A stretch of 64,000 nt of DNA from an uncultured Acidobacteriota bacterium (lineage in GTDB: Bacteria > Acidobacteriota > Blastocatellia > RBC074). A program made the position numbers and the translations under genes. The notes beneath the pieces were generated by a model, which was not told where the DNA came from, did not search any database, and saw nothing but the letters and a program-made list of their open reading frames with translations. Location of the stretch: the NCBI GenBank assembly GCA_963796275.1, contig CAWCKY010000001.1:608001-672000 (forward strand), written 5' to 3'. Of the stretch, positions 18,943-27,168 are shown piece after piece (the first letter of the stretch is position 1; the number at the start of each line of letters is the position of its first letter).

Positions 18943-20715
18943 ATGGCTTTTGATCCAGAAGATAATAATAACAACATCACTAACGGATCGGAGCGGGCGC
19001 CGGCGCGTTCTTATATAAAAGAAAAAAGTGATTTAAACATGTCATTCGATCCCAAACATCGCAGTCACATAATCACGAATGGCCGTGATCGGGCGCCGGC
19101 GCGCTCGATGTTCAAGGCCATAGGGTTTACCGATGAAGACCTGGCCAAACCGATTATCGGTGTCGCCCATATGTGGATTGAGACGATGCCCTGCAACTTC
19201 AATCACCGCGATCTGGCAGTAAAGGTCAAGGAGGGCATCCGCGCAGCCGGCGCCACGCCGATGGAGTTCAACACGATTTCGATCAGTGACGCGGTGACGA
19301 TGGGCACTGAAGGTATGAAGGCTTCGCTGGTCAGTCGTGACCTGATAGCCGATTCGATCGAACTTGTCGGGCGCGGTTATATGTTCGATGCCGTGATAGC
19401 GATTGTCGGCTGCGACAAGACGATTCCGGGCGCGGCGATGGGGCTGATCCGTTTGAACGTGCCGGGGCTGATCTTATATTGCGGTTCGATAGCTCCGGGA
19501 AATTTTCGCGGTCGCGACATAACAATTCAGGATGTCTTCGAGGCAGTCGGCGCTAATGCGGCGGGCAAGATCACAGACGCGGATCTTTTTGAGATCGAGA
19601 ACGTCGCTTGTCCCGGAACGGGCGCCTGCGGCGGTCAGTATACTGCCAACACAATGGCGATGGTGATGGAGTTCATCGGCTTGTCTGTCATGGGAACGGG
19701 CAGCGTTTCGGCGACCGACCCGCTCAAAGAGAAGACCGCGATTGAGTCGGGCAAGTTCATTGTCGACCTTCTGCGTCGAGGCGTCAGGCCTAGCGATATA
19801 CTGACTCGCATATCATTCGAGAACGCGATAGCCGGAGTCGCAGCCACCGGCGGTTCGACAAATGCTGTGTTGCATCTGCTCGCTATGGCGCGCGAAGCGG
19901 GGATCGATCTGACGATCGACGATTTCGACGCGATCAGCAAGCGTACGCCGCTCATAGCCGACCTGAAGCCGGGCGGAAAGTACACGGCGATCGATCTGGG
20001 GAAAGCGGGCGGCATCGGGCTCGTAGCGCGGCGCCTGGTCGAAGCCGGTTGTATCGATGGGAATCAGGTCACCGTGAGCGGGCTGACCATCGCACAGGAG
20101 ACCGAACTGGCAGACGAAACGCCCGGCCAGACCGTCGTTTTCTCTGTCGATAAACCTCTCAAACCCAACGGCGGGCTGGTAATCTTGAAAGGCAATCTCG
20201 CGCCGGAAGGCGCCGTCGTCAAAGTTGCCGGCCACGAACGCCCGTATCATCGCGGTCCTGCGCGCATCTTCGAGCGCGAAGAGGATGCGATGGAGGCGGT
20301 GACGGGCAAGCAGATCAAATCCGGAGATGTCGTCGTCATAAGATACGAAGGTCCGAGAGGCGGCCCGGGTATGCGTGAGATGCTCGGTGTAACGGCGGCG
20401 ATAGTGGGCGAGGGGCTGGGCGAAGAAGTAGCTTTGATGACCGACGGGCGTTTCAGCGGCGCCACCCGCGGGTTGATGGTCGGCCACGTAGCCCCTGAAG
20501 CGGCAACCGGCGGGCCAATCGCCGCGCTACGCGAGGGCGATATGATCGTATTCGATATCGAAGCCCGCAAGCTCGAAGTCGAACTCTCTGATGAGGAGAT
20601 CAAGCGAAGGTTGTTAGAATGGAAACCGCCCGCGCCGCGTTATAGGTCAGGAGTTTTTCAAAAGTACGCCGCGCTTGTTTCATCGGCCTCGGAAGGGGCG
20701 ATCACGAGAGGATGA
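18943..20715 (+). CDS. ilvD: Dihydroxy-acid dehydratase, with a duplicated 32-aa N-terminal extension (conventional start 19039)
   Basis: PCNF, GCDKT, ACGGQYTANTM, GGSTNAVLHL, EGPRGGPGMREM and TDGRFSG motifs. Confidence 0.97.
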   Translation: MAFDPEDNNNNITNGSERAPARSYIKEKSDLNMSFDPKHRSHIITNGRDRAPARSMFKAIGFTDEDLAKPIIGVAHMWIETMPCNFNHRDLAVKVKEGIRAAGATPMEFNTISISDAVTMGTEGMKASLVSRDLIADSIELVGRGYMFDAVIAIVGCDKTIPGAAMGLIRLNVPGLILYCGSIAPGNFRGRDITIQDVFEAVGANAAGKITDADLFEIENVACPGTGACGGQYTANTMAMVMEFIGLSVMGTGSVSATDPLKEKTAIESGKFIVDLLRRGVRPSDILTRISFENAIAGVAATGGSTNAVLHLLAMAREAGIDLTIDDFDAISKRTPLIADLKPGGKYTAIDLGKAGGIGLVARRLVEAGCIDGNQVTVSGLTIAQETELADETPGQTVVFSVDKPLKPNGGLVILKGNLAPEGAVVKVAGHERPYHRGPARIFEREEDAMEAVTGKQIKSGDVVVIRYEGPRGGPGMREMLGVTAAIVGEGLGEEVALMTDGRFSGATRGLMVGHVAPEAATGGPIAALREGDMIVFDIEARKLEVELSDEEIKRRLLEWKPPAPRYRSGVFQKYAALVSSASEGAITRG

Positions 20716-20838
20716 GGGAGTGCGGGTGCGCGCTCTCTCCCACTTATCAAACTCGGCTTCCATCGGTTCAGCGAGCCTGTCAGGGTCAATCCGGATAACG
20801 GGAGGACGCGCGCTATATTTATGGGCGCGTTCGGTGAT

Positions 20839-21945
20839 TTACTCCTGGTTTAATGCATCGACCGGATCCTGGCTGGCCGCCCGCAATGCGGGATAGATCG
20901 CTCCAACCAACCCGCTCATCAACCCGCCCGCTATCGCAAAAAAAATATAACCGGCTTCGAGCACAATTTGTGTTCCGATTGTTTTGAGAAGGATGGTCCG
21001 GGCGATCAGGGAGACCGTTAATCCACTGGCTACGCCGATCGTGCTTATCATCAGGGATTCTTTGATGAAGACTCCGGCGATGAATTTTTTAGATGCGCCC
21101 AGCGATTTGAGTATTCCGATTTGCCGTGTTCGTTCCATAACCGAGGAGTACATCGTCAGCGAGATGACGAGTAGACTGATGATAATGGCGAGTCCCGCCA
21201 CGACGTCGAGAAATATATTGAAGCTCTGATAACCGTTGGCGAAGAGCTTCGGCAGATCGCGGGTAAAGATTATGCGGAGATCCGGAAAACGCTCGATGAT
21301 CCGGCGTGCAACCGCTTCCTGCTCATTTTCGTTCCTGCATTTCACCATGAACATAGAGCATTTACCTTCGGCGCCCAGTTCCTCCTGCATCGTCGACAAG
21401 GGTATCATCGTTCGCGCTCCGGTCTCCGGTTCGTAGATACCCGCGACCTTGAACTGCCGGTTGAATATGCTGATGCAGTCTCCCGGGGTCGTATGGTGGA
21501 GGGCAGCGTACTTTATATCGACGATCACGGCATCTCCAGACTCAGGTAGAGCGCGGCCTTCCACGACGCGGATCTTCGTCGCATTGGTATAATCCGCAAA
21601 ATTCACACCGTCGATTTGACGTAAACCGAGTCCGTTATCGCCTTTCATCTCGAGATGTTGCCCGACGGGCGTGATCGCCGCGATGCCGGGCACTTCTCCT
21701 ATCCGGTCCATCAATTCGATCGGCAGCGATAACGGCAGCGAAGCCGCCGAAATGCCGAACTGCTGATGATGATAGACGAGTAATTCGACTCCGGTATTGG
21801 TATCCCGCTCTCCTCTGTTACGCAGCATACCGCGCACCAGCCCGACAGTGAGGATGACGAGGATGATTCCGACTGCGACACCGATAATGCTTGCTGCCGT
21901 TCGTCCCGGGTGATGCGTGAGATTGGCAGTAATCAAGGATTTCAT
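20839..21945 (-). CDS. ABC transporter permease, MacB/FtsX family
   Basis: TM-periplasmic-3TM layout, ERTRQIGILKSLGA, and YPALRAASQDPVDAL. Start overlaps the upstream GT stop. Confidence 0.88.
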   Translation of the reverse strand: MKSLITANLTHHPGRTAASIIGVAVGIILVILTVGLVRGMLRNRGERDTNTGVELLVYHHQQFGISAASLPLSLPIELMDRIGEVPGIAAITPVGQHLEMKGDNGLGLRQIDGVNFADYTNATKIRVVEGRALPESGDAVIVDIKYAALHHTTPGDCISIFNRQFKVAGIYEPETGARTMIPLSTMQEELGAEGKCSMFMVKCRNENEQEAVARRIIERFPDLRIIFTRDLPKLFANGYQSFNIFLDVVAGLAIIISLLVISLTMYSSVMERTRQIGILKSLGASKKFIAGVFIKESLMISTIGVASGLTVSLIARTILLKTIGTQIVLEAGYIFFAIAGGLMSGLVGAIYPALRAASQDPVDALNQE

Positions 21946-23235
21946 AATTTTTCGTGTGCCATCTTTTTCGAAGACTTGTTCGATTGGTGAAGGTTGATCT
22001 TGCGCGCAATACGCGTCGCGGGAAATTCTGCGTGAAGTTCGTCGTAGAGATCAAAGAATTGTGCGGTTACCGCCTCCCAAGTATATCGCCGTGAAGTCCA
22101 GAACGCACGAGCCAACCTGTCTTTGCGGACGGCGGGATCAGCGAAGACTGAATGCACGGCGGCGACATAGGCCTCTCCGTTGGCTTCTGCCAACCAGCTA
22201 TTATTTTCGTCAGCGTAAGAGAGCACGCCGCCCGATCTGGGCGCGACGAGCGGCAATCCGGCGGCCATCGCTTCGAGAGGTGCGATCCCGAATGGCTCGC
22301 GCGGATTGGGATGAACGAAAGCATCGCAGTTAGCATATAGATCTACCAATGCGGCGCGATTACGTATATGGCCGAGAGAATAGACGCGTCCCGGCGCGCG
22401 GAGCCGCGCCTCATCGGCGAACCAATCGGCGAGCGGGCCGTCGCCCGCAATAATCAGCCGGTAATCACCCGTGCGTTCACGCGCGAGCTTCTCCATCATT
22501 TCAAGAAGGAGAGCGATATTTTTCTCTTGCGATAAACGACCGGCATAGAGCAGAAGCTTGGTTCGCCGGTCGCCCTGAAACAACGAAATGAGCTTTTGTC
22601 TGCTCGTTTCGGACCTGCGGCCTGAGACGTAGTCGGCCACATCTGCGCCCATCGGACGAACATGGACGTCCCTTTTCATGGCGGGCGACCATCGCTTCGC
22701 GCAATTCATCCGCGGTGTATTGTGAGTTGGCTATGTGATAATCGAAGAGCGGAATGTATAAATTGCCGAGATATAGCCTGGAAAGGCGTTTGCCCAATCT
22801 GTTGTCTGTGAGAAATGCGCTGACATTATCGTCCATCCGTTCGCAGCTCATCCCGACGAGCACCGGTCGGCGCAAGCCGGAGATCCAACGCTCGCGCAGA
22901 AACCCGGCGAGCCAGCACAGAGCATACTTATCGCAAACTTCAACCAGATCAGGTGTTTCATCGCGCAGGATACTGTTAAGTTCTCCGTTAAAGGCATAAG
23001 TATGAGGCAACAGAAGACGGTACCGACGGTCGAAGATGGGTGCCCGCGGCGCTTTGATATGATAGATAGCTCCGTGCTCGCCGATTTTTTCCATCCTTGT
23101 CCGATCGCCCGGCACGACCAGCCGCATCGAGCGACCATGACGATTGGCCGCATTGAGCAACGCACGATAGAACGTGCTGATGCCACCCGAGGTGGTGTGG
23201 TAGGCGTTGGTAATGTGAAGCGTTTTTATGGACAT
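21942..23235 (-). pseudogene. GT4-family glycosyltransferase interrupted by a 1-nt frameshift (possibly a sequencing error)
   Basis: The N-half (22501-23235; YHTTSGGI) and C-half (21942-22709; YAGRLSQEKN, EPFGIAPLEAMAAG) join if one base is removed from GAAAAGGG at about 22670-22676. Confidence 0.75.
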
Positions 23236-23240
23236 CGGAA

Positions 23241-23680
23241 GATAATTGATAATTGATAGTTGATAGTTGATAGTTGATAGTTGATAGTTGATAGTTAGTA
23301 ATTTGTAGCTGATAATCAGTAGTTGATAGTTAGCTATTGATAGTTAATTGATAGTTATATGAAGAGTGTTGCATGTAAATAAAAGATTCCTTGAAATCAA
23401 CGTTATCGATTCTGAGCGCCAGAGGCGCGGGGATGTTTATAGAACTCGTTCAATCACATTTGCAAGCTCCGGAGGAGCGACATATAGGCATTCATTTGTC
23501 GCTCCTCCGGAGCTTGTGAGACTTGGGTAATCGAATGCTATATACATCGGGCTCCTCCGGATCCAATCAGAAACTGTTGATAATGACCGGCTTTAAGTTA
23601 CACCGCCCTTAGTTTAATAACCGAGATAACAAATTATACGTACTATCAACTATCAATTATCAACTATCAACTATCAACTG
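23241..23680. repeat. Composite repeat: (TTGATAG)n array and its inverted (CTATCAA)n array enclosing a REP-like palindrome
   Basis: Heptamer arrays at about 23241-23357 and 23643-23679. Perfect 20-bp stem CAAGCTCCGGAGGAGCGACA/TGTCGCTCCTCCGGAGCTTG at 23463-23516. Confidence 0.9.
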
Positions 23681-23684
23681 CTTT

Positions 23685-24221
23685 TTACCTTCGTCGCCAA
23701 ATTGCCCGTGGTATAGCTGTGATAAATTCACGAATGATTAAAGGCATTTGGTGTAAATCATCGATTAACGATTTACGTTCCTCCCCTACGATCAAAGCTC
23801 CTCGCCGCATAGCGAATAGATTGAAAATAGCCGATAACAATGAAAAACAGATTGATGCCGTTATACTCCTCGCAAGTTTCTCTGTACCGCCTATCCAGTG
23901 GAGAGAGAGTTCGAGTGAGTGGTTAGTGATTGGCAGCAGGACCATCACGGCCAGTGTCGCAGCCCAGGGTGGTTGTGCCTGTCGAAAGGCTTGTGTCATC
24001 GCGCCATAAAATCCGGCCGTGGAGATATAGAAGACCGATTCGAGGCTCATCGCGCTCAGCGCCGCAGTCATCCCTGCGCTGATGTTAGTTATGAAAAAGA
24101 GTGTACCTCTAAAACAACCGCTCATCATAGCTGACTTCCAATTCCAGCGGCGAATTAGGTGATCAACCGGATGACGAACAAGTCCAGTAAGCACAACTCC
24201 GACTGTTAGTTTGTTATCCAT
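23685..24221 (-). CDS. Hypothetical membrane protein (about 4 TM)
   Basis: 178-aa hydrophobic ORF with RRWNWKSA motif, co-oriented within the GT4 cluster. Confidence 0.7.
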   Translation of the reverse strand: MDNKLTVGVVLTGLVRHPVDHLIRRWNWKSAMMSGCFRGTLFFITNISAGMTAALSAMSLESVFYISTAGFYGAMTQAFRQAQPPWAATLAVMVLLPITNHSLELSLHWIGGTEKLARSITASICFSLLSAIFNLFAMRRGALIVGEERKSLIDDLHQMPLIIREFITAIPRAIWRRR

Positions 24222-24349
24222 CCTGTTAAATAGTTGAAAGCTGCGTAGGAAGCAAAAAGGGCAATAATGGACAGAAGAAATAGTGTAATGATTCTTTTTG
24301 TCATTTACTTTTGCCTCTCTCTGTAATTAGCAGGTTCGAAAACTTTCGT

Positions 24350-25573
24350 CTAGATCTCTTCCGGGCTCGCTATGGAAACCCTGGCGGCCAACTGTTGTTT
24401 ATCCGTAACGTGCTGCAGGCTGAAAGCATATGCCCGGAGCACCTGCTCGAAGATTTTATCCCAAGACTCTGCCAGGGCCAGGTCGCGCGCCTCTTCGCCC
24501 ATCTTCACCAGCTTTTCCGATTGCGACATGAGAGCGAGCGTCGCGGCGAAAAAGTCCCGTCTATCATTGGCGATGTAACCGGTGACGCCGTCGCGGATGA
24601 TGAACTTCGGTCCGCCATCTGCGCTGACGATCGCCGGGATGCCCGAGGCCTGCGCTTCCAGCACGACGTTGCCGAAGGTGTCGGTTTGCGAAGGGAAGAT
24701 GAAGAGGTCCATATTGGCGTATGCTCTCGCCAATGGTTCGTTTTTCAGTACTCCGGTGAATTCGGCCCGGCGCATATTTTGTTTCAACCAGCCCAGTTCA
24801 CTGCCCGTGCCCACAATCAGGAAACGAAATTCGTCTCTCCCGGAGGCCAATAGCTGCTTCTCCAATTCGGCAAGGAATCGCACGTTCTTCTCCGGCGTCA
24901 GTCGGCCGACATAGCCGAGCGTGAAGTCGCCGTTGCGCCGGTCGCGTTTAGCCGGAGAAAAAATACTCGTGTCTACTCCGCGTCGCATCAGAAAAACCGT
25001 TTTGCCGCAGCCTCGCTTGAGGAGTTCGCCCAGCTCCTCATTGGGAGCCAGTACCACGCGCCCGATCTTGTAGAATTTCATCAGGGCGCGGAGACTTTGG
25101 CTTTCGGCGAATTTGACGAGCGCCGTACGCGCAAAACTGGGCAGGAAGGGAATGATGTTGTTCAACCGTCTGCCGGCATATTCGTGCAGATTCGTATGCC
25201 ACGAAATGACTACCGGCAGACGCAGCTTGCTCGCGACATAGGCTCCGAGCTGTCCGATGTCGCTCGGCCCCGTGATGTGGATGAGATCGGGGTTGAACTC
25301 CCGCAGCTTTTCGAGTACGAGCTTCGTGTGGCGCCACGCGAGCATGTCGTATCGTTGATCGGACTCGATTCTGAAGCCCACCGATGTGCGCTTGAGCGAG
25401 AGCCGCGTGACGCTTCCATCGTCGGTCATTTCAGTTTTCGGTCCGGCGTGAACGCAGAACATCGGCAGGCAGCGCCGTTTTGCGAATGCCGCAAATTGGC
25501 GGCTCGTCTGAGCAACCCCATTTACTTCCAGGTAAGAGTCGGTGAAGAACGCGACACGCGGCTCAGCTCTCAT
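24350..25573 (-). CDS. GT4 glycosyltransferase (PimB/MgtA/Agt-like, possible glycolipid synthase)
   Basis: FFTDSYLEVNGVA, SWHTNLHEY, RGVD, YVGRLTPEKN and DTFGNVVLEAQASG motifs. Confidence 0.88.
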   Translation of the reverse strand: MRAEPRVAFFTDSYLEVNGVAQTSRQFAAFAKRRCLPMFCVHAGPKTEMTDDGSVTRLSLKRTSVGFRIESDQRYDMLAWRHTKLVLEKLREFNPDLIHITGPSDIGQLGAYVASKLRLPVVISWHTNLHEYAGRRLNNIIPFLPSFARTALVKFAESQSLRALMKFYKIGRVVLAPNEELGELLKRGCGKTVFLMRRGVDTSIFSPAKRDRRNGDFTLGYVGRLTPEKNVRFLAELEKQLLASGRDEFRFLIVGTGSELGWLKQNMRRAEFTGVLKNEPLARAYANMDLFIFPSQTDTFGNVVLEAQASGIPAIVSADGGPKFIIRDGVTGYIANDRRDFFAATLALMSQSEKLVKMGEEARDLALAESWDKIFEQVLRAYAFSLQHVTDKQQLAARVSIASPEEI

Positions 25574-26729
25574 AACCCATCCTTTCGGTTACTACTTTTT
25601 CATTGGCCAGCGCCAATCGCAGCGCGGCCTGCATTCTGCTATTGCCCAGCAACCGCATGCACCATAAGGTTGCGCGCAACCAGGCCGGACCGCCGTTTTG
25701 CCAAAACCTTGAGATGGGTAAGACCCCTTGCCCATCGCTTATGTCGGCGAAGACGCGATCGACCCACCTGGTTTGACCGAGCGAATGGTTGGGATAGGAA
25801 CGCAGGACATCGGCAATCGCTTCAAACGTCCGGGCGAGCATGGGTGCGCGATATTCCGGCATGAGCAGAATTTCGCTATGCGCATCTTCGCGTATCTCGG
25901 CAACCAGATCGTTAAACGAACAGGACCTGGTCAAATTCAACACACTGTTGGGCTGGCATCCGTGACGATCGCCGCCGGCTACCGCGGGCAAACCACATTC
26001 TTCCGCTAGCAGCATGACTGAATTGTTTTCGCGCCAGGAGCGGAACCCGTTTACTTCGAGAGCATGGATCCACTGGCTGTGCTCTGAGAGGAAAGCATAG
26101 AGATTTTCCGTATGATCCTGTTCCCCGATGCATTCTATGTCCCACAGCGGATGGTTAACGACGGTCAAAGTCTCAGAGTCTTCGTCGATCAAGGACAGCA
26201 GCTCGGTGAGACTCATCGCGTCAGGGTCTCGATTTGTGTGTTTCATCAACTCACGAACAACTTCTGTGGCCGTTTCGTGCGGCAGGTTGTGAACGCCGAG
26301 ATGAAATAGCCCTCTGCCATAAGGCACGGTCCATTCCAGTGAAATCGGGATGCGATGAACGCCGTTAAGAAGCTGAAGTTGCTTACCGGCTTCAATATCA
26401 TCATGGTCGGTAATCGAGACGAGAGCGGGCAGACCTAGCTCTTTCTCAATTTGCAAAGTTTCTATCTCGATCACCTGACGGGGCGAAACGGGTGGCGTCC
26501 AGTAGGTTTTCGAGAAGTCTAACGTTCGGCCGTAGATCGAGAGATGATGCTCCATCCCCTTTCTAAACCGGCCGGAAATGTAAGGAATCATCTCCGCATA
26601 GCGCGGGATGAAGGTTAATAATTCTTTCGAGTGATAGGTGTGGCAATGTAAGGATGCTGCTGCACGAAATCCGCGTGGGAAGACGTCTTTACGATCGTAG
26701 ACGTGCATCTGCGTAAATGCTGAGCCCAT
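25563..26729 (-). CDS. PHP-domain metallophosphoesterase
   Basis: LHCHTYHS, ITDHD, EWT..H, NHP, LEVNG and GGDRH metal-binding motifs. Overlaps the GT4 start. Confidence 0.8.
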   Translation of the reverse strand: MGSAFTQMHVYDRKDVFPRGFRAAASLHCHTYHSKELLTFIPRYAEMIPYISGRFRKGMEHHLSIYGRTLDFSKTYWTPPVSPRQVIEIETLQIEKELGLPALVSITDHDDIEAGKQLQLLNGVHRIPISLEWTVPYGRGLFHLGVHNLPHETATEVVRELMKHTNRDPDAMSLTELLSLIDEDSETLTVVNHPLWDIECIGEQDHTENLYAFLSEHSQWIHALEVNGFRSWRENNSVMLLAEECGLPAVAGGDRHGCQPNSVLNLTRSCSFNDLVAEIREDAHSEILLMPEYRAPMLARTFEAIADVLRSYPNHSLGQTRWVDRVFADISDGQGVLPISRFWQNGGPAWLRATLWCMRLLGNSRMQAALRLALANEKVVTERMGYES

Positions 26730-26826
26730 TTTTCGCCTCCTGATAAGCGCCTGGCGCAGTCTTACCGCGCAAACGCGTTTGACGTGACCCGTGAACCGTA
26801 AGGAATTCGACGGCTCAGAATGATGG

Positions 26827-26953
26827 TGTGAAGAGGAGCTTAACCAAGTTATGTAACGGCAGCATAAATGGAGGAATAAATCATCATTAGCTAATTACTA
26901 AATCTTTATTAGCTGTACGCTACTCCAATCTCAGATTTAACAGAGCTTTTACA
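26827..26953. promoter_or_regulatory. Putative Pho boxes (11-bp-spaced direct repeats) in the PHP/phoX divergent region
   Basis: Plus strand: TTAACA-N5-TTTACA (26937-26953) and TTACTA-N5-TTATTA (26895-26911). Minus strand: TTTATG-N5-GTTACA and TTAAGC-N5-TTCACA (26827-26868). Confidence 0.5.
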
Positions 26954-27168
26954 CTGTGCTGAGCTTTATTTAAGGCAGAACCTCTATTCTTTATAGTCAT
27001 TCTTTTAGCGGATAACTTTTAGCGGATAAACTGATAGAACGCCGTCCGAAGATCGATAGCGGTCATGTGGCCGGAGGTCTACTCGGTTATCTTCGCCGAT
27101 AATATTTCCCTGAAATGTCGACAACTGTAGTAAGCGCAGGCGCACCCTGCAGTTGCAGAGGAGAGAAA

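Noticed and set aside
23241-23680. CRISPR array
   Set aside because: These are 7-bp tandem units without unique spacers, and no cas genes are present.
27002-27029. 14-bp tandem duplication CTTTTAGCGGATAA before phoX
   Set aside because: Two copies only, and the period does not fit a Pho box. No supportable function.
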